From: Antechinus flavipes
Taxonomy: Eukaryota
Direction: 5' to 3'
DNA: 64,000 nucleotides
Assembly (NCBI RefSeq): GCF_016432865.1
Contig: NC_067401.1
Coordinates: 190,278,001 to 190,342,000, forward strand
Shown here: positions 14,326 through 26,647 of the stretch, piece after piece
Layout: each line of letters starts with the position of its first letter
How positions within the stretch are numbered: the first letter of the stretch is position 1
Made by a program: the position numbers and the translations under genes
The notes under the pieces: model-generated
Seen by the model: only the letters and a program-made list of their open reading frames with translations
What the model was told of the DNA's origin: nothing
Database searches by the model: none

Positions 14326-14822
14326 TATAGGTTTAATTAACATTTCAAACACTAAAACAAAAAACAAAAGCAAAAAAAACCCTCAGTACTTTGAAAGTAA
14401 AGTGACTTAAATACTCTAACAATATTTAATCATTCAAGAATAGTAACATGTTCAATAAGAATTATAAACTTGGTATCAACAAGTTTATAAAATATCTAAT
14501 GAAACTCTTAAAAAATTTCTGTAAATAAAGATTCAACATGACAAAATCACTTATTTAGAATAAAGCACAGAAGTTGAAACTTAGACTAATCTTTATTGCT
14601 TACAAGGGGATCATAACAGGTATTTTTATCATGATAAGTAAAGTGCAGATCTAATTAAATGAACTACTGTATGAAACACATGTTGCTGCTACCTAGAGTT
14701 TGTGTTCAGTCATGATCCTTTTGTTTTTGATGGTAAAAAATATTTCAAGATTGGCTTCTTAAGAACTGAAGTTGATTTTAAGGACCATAGATGTCAAAAA
14801 AAAAAAAAAGCAAATTAATGTG

Positions 14823-15995
14823 TGTAACATTTCCCTCCTTTAATTAATATCTTCTAAGGTATAAAACTTAAGATGGCAAAGGTAGAGTGGGAAATGGTTT
14901 GGACCCTTCCTCTACCCCCAATATTAGAATAAAGTACAAAAATATTTAACTGTACTTATCCATAACCGAAGCTATTGTACTAGTTAAATTGGATCGCATT
15001 ATCAATGGGAGGTGTCTCCTTCTCTAGTTGGCTATATGTGTGACCTCATAGACCCTATATAAGCAGTGGGGGCCAGAAAGTAGGTGGAGTTCATTAGGAG
15101 TTCAAGAGAGTTCATTAGGACTCAGCAGGAGATCAGTAAAAGTGCAGGAGAGACAGGATGTGAACATGTGGAATAAAGATCTTGAGCTTGCATGCAGTGT
15201 CTTTGGGTGTTCTGTTGAATGTTGAGAACCACTACTCAGAGAGGTGGTGGCCAGAGATCTCTGAAGACCTCTGATTGAGGTAAGAATGGTAAAGAACCAC
15301 TAGAGATACTAAAGAAGGGAAAGGGACCTGTATGTGCCAAAATGTTTGTGGCAGCCCTGTTTGTAGTGGCTAGAAAGTGGAAAATGAATGGATGCCCAGC
15401 AATAGGAGAATGGTTGGGTAAATTGTAGTATATGAATGTTATGGAATATTATTGTTCTGTAAGAAATGATCAGCAGGATGAATACAGAGAGGCTTGGAGA
15501 GACTTACATGAACTGATGCTAAGTGAAATGAGCAGAACCAGGAGATCATTATATACCTCAACAATGATACTGTTTGAGGATGTAGTCTGATGGAAGTGGA
15601 TCTCTTTGTTAAAGAGAGCTAATTCAGTTTCAATTGATCAAGGATGGACAGAAGCAGCTATACCCAAAGAAAGAACACTGGGAAATGAATATAAACTATT
15701 TGCATTTTTGTTTTTCTTCCTGGATTATTTATACCTTCTGAATCCAATTCTCCCTGTGCAACCAGAGAATTATTTGTATCTAGGATATACTGTAACCTAT
15801 TCAACATGTAAAGGATTGCTTGCCATCTTGGGGAGGGGGAGGGGAAAATCGGAACAGAACTGAGTGCAAGGAATAATGCTGTAAAAAATTACCCTGACAT
15901 GGGTTTTATCAATAAAAAAATTATTAAAAAAAAAAAAAAAAAGAACCACTGTATGAGACAGTGGCCAGAAATTTTCTGAAGGCCTGGGAATTACA
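14823..15995 (+). mobile_element. Solo LTR split by an L1 3' end
   Basis: TGTAA...TTACA termini; TATATAA near 15056; AATAAA near 15172. Flanks TGTG/CATG are compatible with a CpG-decayed CGTG TSD. Confidence 0.7.
15302..15940 (+). mobile_element. 5'-truncated L1 (ORF2 end and 3' UTR)
   Basis: Poly(A) tail; TSD AAGAACCACT on both sides. Confidence 0.85.
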
Positions 15996-16289
15996 CATGA
16001 CTGATAACTGTAATCTTTAAGTGGGAGGATACAAAAAAGGAAGACAAATATATATTCTTTCTTATCCCTTTATTTTTTTAAAACTAATCATACCATTACA
16101 TTCAACTCATACTTCTACTTTCTATGTATATTAACAATCCTAATAAGAATGTTTTAAGGAATTATAAATATCACTTTTCTATATATGAATATAAACAGCT
16201 TGACTTTATCAAATCCTTTGATTTAAATTTCCTGTTTAACTTTTTATTCTCTTTTTTATTCTATCTTGTATTTTAAAGTGAAATTTTTT

Positions 16290-16566
16290 ATTCAGCTCTG
16301 GTATCTTCCATCAGGATTACCTGAAAGTCCTCTACGTCATCCCCCTCAAGGATTATACTGAGTTTTGCTGGGTAGGGGATTATTGATTGCAATTCAATCT
16401 CTTTTGCCCTCTGGCTTATCATATTCTAAGCCCTCTGATCCTTTGATGTAGAAGCTGCTAAGTCTTGTGTTATCCTGACATGATATCTGAATTGTTTCTT
16501 TTTGTCTGCAGTATTTTCTTCTTTATCCAAGATCTGGAATTTGGGTATAATATGCTGGGAGTTTTC
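16290..16566 (-). mobile_element. Host L1 fragment, left part (split by ERV-A)
   Basis: L1-like sequence that joins seamlessly to 30043 onward through GGGAGTTTTC|ATTTTGGGATCTCTTTC. Confidence 0.7.
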
Positions 16567-16573
16567 TGTAGAG

Positions 16574-16899
16574 TGTGATGACCATATTAGCACCCTGGAT
16601 ACTTTAAAATCAGCCAGAGTCAGGGTAAGTAAAAGTCCTTAGTCTTTATTCTTGGTCTTTAGGGGTAGGATTGAATTGGATGGAAGCAGAATCTCTGCAA
16701 CCTTCCTTCTTCATCTCCTGCCCAGAGAGTGACCCTGGCTAGTCTTACTCCACCCCCTAGTCCCTCCTACAATTCTCTATATACACCAATTATCGAGCAG
16801 CACAGGATAGTGGGAAGGGCCATTCCCCAAGCACATGCCCATAGAGTATTGTCCAATCGGTAATTAGAGCTAAGTGCTTGAACCAACCTCAGTGCAACA
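16574..16899 (-). mobile_element. Solo LTR inside the ERV-A 5' LTR
   Basis: On the minus strand TGTTGCA...CATCACA termini, with TATA (GTATATAG) and AATAAA in LTR order. No TSD, and about 180 bp of the host LTR is missing here. Confidence 0.65.
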
Positions 16900-17842
16900 A
16901 TTCGCCTTTGTTTTGAACTTAGAACAGGAAAAGGCATTCCACAATACAATAGATCAAAGACATTTAGTGTTAGGAACATTCTTCTCTCTGCCATGTAGCC
17001 TGCAAGCCATGTCAGTTGGTAAGGTTGGCTCAGGAAGTAAAAAGGGGCTTGGTCTCTGAGGCAGGAGGTTGTGTTTGGCAGGTGTTTGGCAGGAACTACT
17101 AATAGGTTCCTTGAGGTGGTGAGGAGTATGTTCTCTTGCTAGATGTCCACCTGGGACACAGCTTTAATTTCAGGTGTCTCCCTTCTGTGGCTCCACCTAT
17201 GTTGTACTGAGTGAACTGGGCACAGGGTAATCCCAGAAGAGAAGAAGCAAAAATAGCCAGCTTTGAGTTGAACTCAGAGATGAGCACAGGGTCTCTTGTT
17301 CTTGCTTCCTGCTAACCCCTGCTGTGATAATTACTAAATAAAGATAGGCTATTTGTGCCTCCTGATCAGCTCATCTCCATGTGTATCCGGGTGGCTCCAA
17401 AGTCTGGTGAGTATGGCCCTGACAGCCTAGAATAGTGGTTGGACAGTCTGGCACAAGTGGCGCCCATACGTGGGGTAGGATTAAGGCCAGGGACACTGTG
17501 AGTCGGCTGGTCAGATCATAGGAAGGGAGACAAGACCCCAAGACTGATAGTAGGTCTGGGAAGGAAGATGGTACAGGTTTTTATTAGGGTCCCAGATCAG
17601 GAGGTACTGAGGAAAGAAGTTTATAGAATAGTAAAGCAAGCAGGAAGTGGATGTGATGTTGCAGGAGCATGCAGTGGGAAAGAAGCAGGAAGTGGATAGG
17701 ACAAAACAGGAAGGAATAAGATGAGGAATGAAGAAGTAAACAGAGGGAGGTATGAAAAAACAGACATGGCCACGGGAGGAGGCAGGGATAAGATGAGGGA
17801 AGAGAAGGAGAACAGAGGGAAGATTGCTTCTGCCTCCAAGGC

Positions 17843-20540
17843 ATGGCCTACTCCTCTGACACCCTGACTCCCCCCTTGTCCTTCCCTGAGGAGGAATGCT
17901 TCCCTTCTGCTCCTTATGCACCCCCTTGTGGAGGCTTTGGAGATTTACTGACAGAATTAGGACAGATGTTACAGAAGGCAGCAAATGAAGGGGACCAGGA
18001 AGCAAGGATTTGGCTGATGCTCTTCCTGTGTTTGATGGCCCCCAGGAAAGGACGTAGACCCCATTAGAGTGGAAGAAATTTAAATAACTGAAAGAGGCAG
18101 TTAACACTTATGGAGTTGAATCTCCAAATGTTAAGGAGCTGTTGGCTCTCCTAGCCTCCAGCAATATACTAACCCCAAATAATTGGAAGACTCTTGCTAA
18201 AGTCTGCCTTACACCTGGGGAGTCTGTACAATGGATGACTCTGCAGACTTAGCAAAAAACTTCGTAAGAGACATGCAGAGCCACATCCCTCAAGATGATT
18301 TTTACAAAATAGTAGGAGTTGGAAAGTATGAAAGGAATGAGGATCAAATACAATATGATACAACAGTGTATGTGGCTGTGTCTCAATGTGCCCAAGGAGC
18401 ATTTAGCAAAATTCAAGTTTCTATGTAAAGGGTAAAATGATGTGGGCAGTCATTTCATTTGGGAATGCCCTTGTGTTACTCTGCAGCTCTTTACATTGCC
18501 AGTCTCTCCTAATTCCCAGGGCTTCAGAGAATCCTCTGGCCATTGACGTTTGAAATGTCAACCGATAACCTGGTTTACCTCTTCTGAGGCCTTCAGAGAT
18601 CTCTGGCTATGATTTCTTCAATCATAGTTTAATAACCGATTGTGCGCTCAAGAACAGCCATGTGCAAATTTAAAGTCTTTTATTATATTTCCTCACATAT
18701 TGCCCTGACTTGTTAACTCCCAAGTGAACACCCAGTCTGTGATAGACCCACGTGTTCACTATCAAGCTTCTTACCTCTTAGCTATCCATGCACTCAGCTT
18801 CCCCAGGACAAAGAGATTGACCTCTTGCTTGCACCAGGGTTAAGAAGGGACTGTGAGGTCACACACACAGCCAATCAGAGAGGGAGATGTCTCCCATTAC
18901 TATCTCAATATGACCAGGGTCGGCCCATGAAGTGGTCTCTGCTCTCAGAAATTATTTCTGGGCCTCTCAAGTTCAACCTCCTGTTTGCCCTGGGCTGACC
19001 CATTTAAAAGACCCTAACTCTTCTGGAAAGCAGAAGCCCTCAATGACAAAGCTTAAACAGAGCCCAGATGAATCTTTCCCTGATTTTGTGACCCACCTAT
19101 AGATGACTGTTGAGAGGTTAGTAGGTAAAGGAGAAGTAGCTGGTCTTCTTATCCAGAAATTAGCTAAGGAGAATGCTAATGACCCCTGCCAGAAAGCCAT
19201 GCTCTTCTTAGATGGGGACACAAGCCTTGAGGAGATGATAAAAAAATGTGAAAATGTTTGCTCCAGTGCCTTTCAAATGGATGTCCTCGCAGTTGCTATT
19301 TCTAAAGGAGTCATGGAGGAAATGAAGTTTAGGGAAACCAAGATGTTATCAATGTGGGAAGACTGGTCACTTCAGGGCCTCACAACAAGCTTATCAGGTG
19401 GAAGAAAGGCATTCTCCGGTGACTCAATCAGGACTACAGCAGGAGTACCTCTGGTTTCTGCCAGGTGGTTCTGGTTTCCCCTTCACAATGTGGGGAGTTT
19501 CCAAATTGACCCTGGATATATAACCATAGTGCCAGAAACCAGGCTAGACCTAATCTTAAGAGCGGGCTTCTTGGTGGTGGGCTTGACAAATTTTATACCC
19601 TTGTTGTAGTTCATACCACAGTTATTACAACAGAACAATCTCAGACTGTGGTGACTACTCCACAAAACACACCAGCATTTTTAGATAAGGGTGAGCTAAT
19701 ATAGCACAGATTCTCCCTCTCTTAGATGGGTCAGATTCTGACATTCATTGGATGCAGCATATAAAGCAAGGCAAGCCTTGGACCAATATATATGTTAAAG
19801 TAAAGGCATTTAAAGGGCTACTTGACACTGGAGCTGATAGGTCTGTTATCTCACAGTTCTTCCGGCCCCCTTTATGGCAGGTTTGTGCAGATGCTACAAT
19901 GTTTAACAGGGTGGGAAAAGCACAGCAGGCATGGGTTTCAGCAGAAGATCTGCCCTGGCAGTTTGCAGACAAACAGGAGATATTCCAATCCCTGGTGGTC
20001 GCAGGTCTCAGGTACAATCTATGGGGTAGAGATATATTGAAGCCTTGTGGAGCCTCAGTGGCTCCTCCACTCCTCAGTGGAACCTCCACAAGATTTTTAA
20101 TTGGGGTCATTGAGTATTCAAGCACCACCTTTCATATTACGCCCATACCATTAACATGGAAATACCCTATTTTAGTACCCCAATGGCCCCTCCCAGTGGA
20201 AAATATCTCTAATCAAATGGCCATCTTCTTTACAACATTCGCCAATAAACAAATTACAGAGATTCCCTATAATCCACAGGGTCAAGCCCTAGTGCAAGGG
20301 GCCCATTGCATTCAAAAGGCCAACCTTACTTAAAATTTTTTGTGTCTTATAGACAGGACAGAAAACTAAGCTCCATAAAAACAGCACTTCAAGTGCTGGA
20401 GAACATTCAAAAGGTTCTTTGGAAGGAGGAGAAAAAGGATATTGGCAAGGTCTATCCTTAGTACTTTGGAGAGGGCCAGGCTGTTTATGTCTTGCAGGTC
20501 CTGATGGTGAAAGCTGCTGGATTCCAGAAAGAAGAACAAG
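17843..20540 (+). pseudogene. ERV-B gag-dUTPase-pro-(deleted pol)-IN remnants
   Basis: PSAP late motif; CA LKEAVNTYGVESP; MHR QSPDESFPDFV; LAKENANDPC; zinc knuckle CYQCGKTGH at 19344; protease LLDTGAD...LWGRDIL; RT start PIPLTWK..PQWPL fused directly to integrase IPYNPQGQALV; IN C-terminus WIPERR. Confidence 0.88.
18424..18969 (-). mobile_element. Solo LTR interrupting the ERV-B capsid coding region
   Basis: TG...CA-bounded segment that splits CA between KIQVS and the MHR; minus-strand AATAAA near 18677. No TSD resolved. Confidence 0.6.
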
Positions 20541-21952
20541 GAGAGTTGTTTCTTCCAGACTTCGAATCAAATTTCTATCACTTGGCCAACCTGAATCATC
20601 TGAGATCTGATTCTGACACTCAACATCTGATGCTGCTGCTGCTGCTGCTGCAGCCTACAACTCATTCATCTCCCCTCTTCAGTCCAAACACCCTATACAA
20701 GGTCAGCTATACACCCCTTGTCAACCTGAAGCAGTTCCAGAAGATGAAACCTTCATCCCTTTGCCCCAAATGAATCTGGGTCTGGACTGTTTTGGATCAG
20801 GACAGAAAAAAAAAAAAACTGAGAAAGAAAAAAAAATGCTTTTTATTTACAAAACATATTGGATCAAACATATTTCCTTTCCCATCCCCTCTATTGTATC
20901 TTTGTATTATTGCTTCTTCTGCTTTTGCCTACGTTTTACACGTATTTTTAGAAAATCTATAGAGTTGCTTAAGGAAGAGTTTCTCATTTATAAACATAAA
21001 AACACTCAGACTTATTAATAAAAAAGGAGGAGTTGTTAGGGATATTCCTCTCTCTTCTCGAGAGTTGCCATGTAGCCTATATGCCACGTCAGCTGGTAGG
21101 GTGGGCCTAGGAGGTAAAAAGGGGTTTGGCCTCTGAGGCAGGAAGGTGTGTCTGGCAGGTGTTAAAGGAAACTGCTAATAGATTCTTTGAAGTGGTGAGG
21201 GGTATATCTTCTTGCTAGATCTCCAACTGGGACACAGCTTTAACTCCAGGTATCTTCCTTCTGTGGCTCCACCTGCGCAGTACTGAATGGGCTGGGCATG
21301 GGGTACTCCTGGAAGAGAGGAATCATAGATAGCCAGCTTTGAGCCAAACTCACACATATACACATGCACACTTGTTCTTGTACTCTGTTGCTCTTGCTTC
21401 CTGCTAATCCCTGCTGAGATAATTACTAAATAAAGATAGGCTGTTTGCACCTCCTGATTGACTCCTCTCCATGTGTATCTGGGTGGGCTCGAAGACTGGT
21501 GAGTATGGCCCTGGCAGCCTAGGATAGTGCTCGGACAGTCCAGCACAATTGAGGAAGAACGTGTCAAACATTGATATGATAATTTCTGCTCTGATGAATA
21601 TCACAATTGTTTACAATTCTGTCAAAGTTGCAGATGTCTGGGACTGACTATTTGCATTTCAGTGGATAGATCTTTTGTTAAAGTAGATACAGGAATATCA
21701 AAGTGTGGGTTGTGTATTGACTCTAAAAAATGATGCCAGTGACAATAGATTGAAAATGTATATAACTCTAACTCTCAGATTAGTAAATTTGAAGACTGCA
21801 CAGCAGATCTCTAGTCTGGCCCTTGGTTTTTTTCGTTTCACACCCTTGGTCATTCACTGGAGTTGGACTCTGACAATTGGTGCCCAAAGGCACCAAGGTT
21901 TCATAGAAAGGGTGCCTTCCTTGGGGCATGCAAATTAATGTAAGGGGGAAAA

Positions 21953-22272
21953 TTTTTTTATTATATTATTATTTTTATTAAAGCTTTTTATTTACAAAAC
22001 ACATGCATAGGTAATTTTTCAACATTGACCCTTGCAAAGCCTTCTGTTCCAAATTATCCCCTTGTTCCCGCACCCCCTCCTTTAGATGGCAGGTAGTACA
22101 ATACATGTTAAATATGTTAAAATATATGTTAAATTCAATATATGTATTTATACAGTTGTCTTGCTGCACAAGAAAAATTGGATTAAGACAGAAAAAAAAC
22201 TGAGAAAGAAAAAAAATGCAAGTGAACAATAACAGAAAGAGTGAGAATGCTATGTTGTGGTCCACGCTCAGT
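21953..22272 (-). mobile_element. 5'-truncated L1 3' end
   Basis: TSD GGGGGAAAA at 21944-21952 and 22273-22281. Confidence 0.8.
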
Positions 22273-22401
22273 GGGGGAAAAGCTTTTTACAAGAAGTAAG
22301 ATAAAATAGGGAAGAGGTGATCACTAAAAAACATTTTTTCATTAGAAATTATTACTAGGTTTGATGCTGTTTGAATGGTCTACATTAGTGACTATGAGAG
22401 T

Positions 22402-23377
22402 TGTTAAGAATCCCCTTTAAATCAGCCGCAGATTTTAGAAGTGAAAGAATTCACTCATTCCCAAATTATTAGTTGCAAAATGAAAGTTTATTATTGGATA
22501 GAAACCAGTTTACCAAGAGACTGACTTCTATAGTGGCACATCTATGGAAAATGAAGTTTTGCACTGAGAATGCATTTCTCAATGGACAGAAAGTCCTGAC
22601 AGTTGAGTGAGTTACCGAGGTCCATCTGCAAAAGACCTTCTTTGAAAGAAGCTATTATACTGGGTCTTAGGAGGGGCTGGGACAGCCTAAGCAAGTCAGA
22701 CCCAGAGGGGGCTGGGGCACTCCAAGTTGGATCATCTACAAGCTAGGTTTCAGCTTGAGCTGGAATTTGAATAGAATTGAATGAGTTTCTTTAATTCAAT
22801 AAGGTCATGGAGAGACTTACATGAACTGATGCTGAGTGAAACGAGCAGGGCCAGGGGATCATTATATGCTTCAACAACAATACTATATGATGACCAATTC
22901 TGATGGACGTGGCCATCTTCAGCAATGAGATGAACCAAATCAGTTCCAATGTAGCAGTAATGAACTGAACCAGCTATGCCCAGCGAAAGAACTATGGGAG
23001 ATGATTAAGAACCATTACATTGAATTCCCAATCTCTATATTTTTGCCTGCCTGCATTTTGGATTTCCTTCACAGCCTAATTGTACACTATTTCAGAGTCC
23101 GATTCTTTTTGTACAGCAAAATAACTGTTTGGTCATGTATACTTATTGTGTGTCTAATTTATACTCTAATATATTTAACATCTACTGGTCATCCTGCCAT
23201 CTGGGTGGGAGGGTAGGGGGAAGGAGGGGAAAAATTGGAACAAAAGGTTTGGCAATTGTCAATGTTGTAAAATTACCCATACATATAACTTGTAAATAAA
23301 AAGCTATGAAATAAAAAAAAATTCAATAAGGTCAGAATTATTTTGCTCAGGACTGAACCAACCCCACCTAGATAACA
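22402..23377 (-). mobile_element. Solo LTR in the ERV-A leader, itself interrupted by an L1 3' end
   Basis: TGTTA...TAACA termini; minus-strand AATAAA near 22490; possible 4-bp TSD GAGT/GAAT. Confidence 0.6.
22808..23319 (+). mobile_element. 5'-truncated L1 3' end
   Basis: Perfect 15-bp TSD AATTCAATAAGGTCA at 22793-22807 and 23320-23334. Confidence 0.88.
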
Positions 23378-23619
23378 GAATGAAACTGTTTGTCTTGTTC
23401 CCTCAGGCAGGGTCCCTCACTGAGGCAGAGTTGAAGATTTTCTCCTTCAAGGAGTTTTTAGCGTTTCGGGGTCCCTTCTTCAGGCTGACACAAGGGAAAG
23501 ATATTAAATACCAGATAAATATATTAAGTATAGAATATGATGTCAAATATATATGTGTATATATATGTATAAAATAAGATAAAATTGACAATATTGATTC
23601 TTATCCAGCTGATATCAAC

Positions 23620-23664
<45 letters not shown>

Positions 23665-23699
23665 AATTGGAATAAGGCAAAATCAATCAAGTAGCAGGC

Positions 23700-24990
23700 T
23701 TAGAGAATATTATCTGAAAGTATTAAAATAACACAGGGCAGTTAGAAGAATTTTTGGAGTCTGTAGAAATATGCTGCCCTTGGTTTCTTTAAGAGGGAAT
23801 GATTGATTTGGAGAAATGGGACAGTAGGAAAAGAAATAATAGATTATCTCAAAGAAAAGGGATCAGCGGCTCTTCCAATTTCTGTATTTTCTATTTGGAC
23901 TAATTTGAAAATATGTCTTTAACCATCAGAAACAATTCTCTAAAATTCAAAAATCCTTAAAGTAGATTTTTCTACTGATACTCTGCAGGGAGATGGGGTG
24001 GCAAAGATTGTGCAATATTTGAATGCTGGAAGAGGGGAGGAATCAGCTCCTCCTCCTCTCCCCCTCTTTCTCTCCCCCTGCTTCCTGTTCCAATCTCATA
24101 GACACAGACCCAAGAGATGACAAATTCTTATGAACTTCTGGGGCTAGTTCAAGGTGCAATGAAAAGATCTAAAGAAAGAGAAATGGATATTCCTTTTAAA
24201 ATACAATTAGTCTTTCCTGTTATTGCAGCTCCTGATCCAAACAATCCAATTCAAATTATAAAATCTTAATTCAGCCTTCAGTCAGTACAGGGAGGCAACT
24301 TAAATTCTGTTGAAATAATTTGCCTTTTGAGACTTATATGAACTGATGCTAAGTGAAATGAGCAGAACCAGGAGATCATTATATACCTCAACAACAATAC
24401 TATTTGAGGATGTATTCTGATGGAAGTGGATCTCTTCGATAAAGAGAGCTAATTCAGTTTCGATTGATCAAGCATGGACAGAAGCAGCTACACCCAAAGA
24501 AAGAACACTGGGAAATGAATATAAACTGCTTGCATTTTTGTTTTTCTTCCCAGGTTATTTATACCTTCTGAATCCAATTCTCCCTGTGCAACAAGAAAAC
24601 TGTTTGGTTCTGCACACACAGAAGTGAATGCAAGGGATAATGCTGTAAAAAATTACCCTGGCATGGGTTCTGTCAATTAAAAAATTATTTAAAAAAAGAG
24701 AAAGAAATAATTTGCTTTTGAAAATGCTAATGCCGATTGTAAAAAAGCATTAGCTGGGGGAGAATAAAAAAATGACTTCACTTCAAAAGTGTTAAAATAT
24801 TGAGACTTCTACTTTTCAAGCCTTATAGCTAAAAAAAAAGTTTACCCTCAAATTCTTGTAGATGTTTTAATTATGGATCACATAAGAAAAAATTATATTA
24901 CTCAAAAAGTTGTACTTCATCACAATTCAGCAGATAAGCCTTTGAAATCCTGCTTTTTTGACAGTGCAAGATTTAATACATGTGATCCCA
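23700..24990 (+). pseudogene. ERV-A gag remnant (MA, CA C-terminus)
   Basis: QLEEFLESVEICCPWFL*EGMIDLEKW resembles the beta MA motif CPWFPEEGTLDLEDW. (A)FENANADCKKAL near 24715 resembles the CA C-terminus. Contains stops, frameshifts and an L1 insertion. Confidence 0.7.
24329..24703 (+). mobile_element. 5'-truncated L1 3' end with internal deletion
   Basis: TSD GAAATAATTTGC(C)TTTTGA. Lacks the middle segment present in the 15302 and 44166 copies. Confidence 0.8.
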
Positions 24991-25063
24991 GAGCATGTTA
25001 GCTTGGATTTGTTCCCCTTGGAGTGGACTCTTTTTAAGGATTGCTCTGAAGATTGATATGGCC

Positions 25064-25489
25064 TTCTCCAATTGATAAATGGTCAAAGGATATGAACAGA
25101 CAGTTTTCAGATGATGAAATTGAAACTATTTCCACTCATATGAAAGAGTGTTCCAAATCACTATTGATCAGAGAAATGCAAATTAAGACAACTCTGAGAT
25201 ACCACTACACACCTGTCTGATTGGCTAAGGTGACAAGAAAAAATAATGATGAATGATGGAGGGGATGCAGGAAACCTGGGATACTGATGCATTGTTGGTG
25301 GAGTTGTGAACAAATCCAACCATTCTGGAGAGCAATCTGGAATTATGCCCCAAAAGTTATCAAACTGTGCATACCCTTTGATTCAATAGTGTTACTACTG
25401 GGCTTATATCCCAAAGAGATACTAAAGAAGGGAAAGGGACCTTTTTATAAGTTAAAAAGTATTAAAGTATTAAAAAAAAAGTTTAAAAA
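25064..25489 (+). mobile_element. L1 ORF2 fragment ending early in an A-rich tail
   Basis: Perfect TSD ATTGATATGGCC at 25052-25063 and 25490-25501. The body stops at GGGAAAGGGACC. Confidence 0.75.
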
Positions 25490-25619
25490 ATTGATATGGC
25501 CCAAATCTCTCTGTTTGCTAACCCTTCTCAACTCAGATTCAGATTAAGAAAAGAGAATACTAAAGTATTGTAGAGAAAGCAACAATAGCAGTAGGCTCAA
25601 AGCCTTGCATAAAACTCCT

Positions 25620-26600
25620 CCCCACCCAACTTGGGGGAATGGGAATGGAGTGGAGGTCAGACTCCATGGTCAGCATTGCCAAATGTGGGCACCAGCCACT
25701 CCAGCCTTCATCAGGCTCTGTCCAGCAACTGCTTAGAAAGAATCTGAGTACTTCTGGCAGCATCCAGCATGGCAGCACAACGTGAAAAAGCCACTCAGTC
25801 TCTGTTTTTGGTAAACTCACCATTCTCCGTTTCAGTTACAGAAATGTATTGGCTATGTAATTTGTGGCAAATTATTTTATCTCTGCCTAGTTTTCTGATT
25901 TGTATGATCATTTGATAATGATTGTTGCTTAGCGAAAAAACAAATACTATATGGATGTTAGCTGCTTTATAGGATAAAATTGCTTTATATTTGATAACTT
26001 TATGGATTTTTAGATGTGACCAATATACAATGCCAGTGTTGAGATATATAATTTTGGGGTGTGTGTAAATTAAATTAAGCAAACTCAACTAAATTAAAGC
26101 CTCACTAAGTCCAGGAAGAAAGTATAGAGAATTTTTCTCTTTCCTCCTCCTTCCCTCTTTCTCTTGATTAAAAAAAAGGGAAAAGAGGGAGAGAAAGAAA
26201 ATATACGTAATTCAGTTAAATTTATTATTTGAGATGATAATAAAAGCAGTTTTAAAGGAGCTTTAATCAAAGACCACTAAAGGAACATATAAATTGTAAT
26301 CTATTTGCACTAAATTTAAGAAAACAGAAAAGCAGCATAACTACTCAAAAACTGCCCCCCCCCCCAAAAAAAAAAAATCCAGCCTGCTTTTAAGGTTATC
26401 TAGGGTGAGGCTTCTCAGAGCCCAGACACAAAATTAACATCTTAACTCTTTCCTGGCTCATAAAAAAAAAAAAAAAAGATTTGTATAAATTGGAAAATAT
26501 CCAAATGGTAATTCAGTTTATCCAGAACATTTAATTGATATTTAGGAAATTTCATGAACTAAAGTTAAAAAAATTTCAAAATCTGTTGTAGCTCAATTAA

Positions 26601-26647
<47 letters not shown>

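Larger units (their letters stand above)
16968..21547 (+). mobile_element. ERV-B: env-less, RT-deleted class II provirus inserted in the ERV-A 5' LTR
   Basis: LTRs at 16968-17455 and 21034-21547 (TGTTAGG...GCACA). PBS TGGCGCCCATACGTGGGG at 17458 resembles tRNA-Lys1,2. PPT at 21018-21033. TSD ATTTAG/ATTGAG; the empty site ATTTAG is visible in the other ERV-A LTR at 29726-29731. Confidence 0.92.

Noticed and set aside
14119-14373. Lys/Arg-rich and Ser/Pro-rich ORFs
   Set aside because: Translations of a CTT/CCT low-complexity tract.
14462-14490. Perfect hairpin TTATAAACTTG-N7-CAAGTTTATAA
   Set aside because: An isolated 11-bp AT-rich stem with no TSD or other support; compatible with chance.
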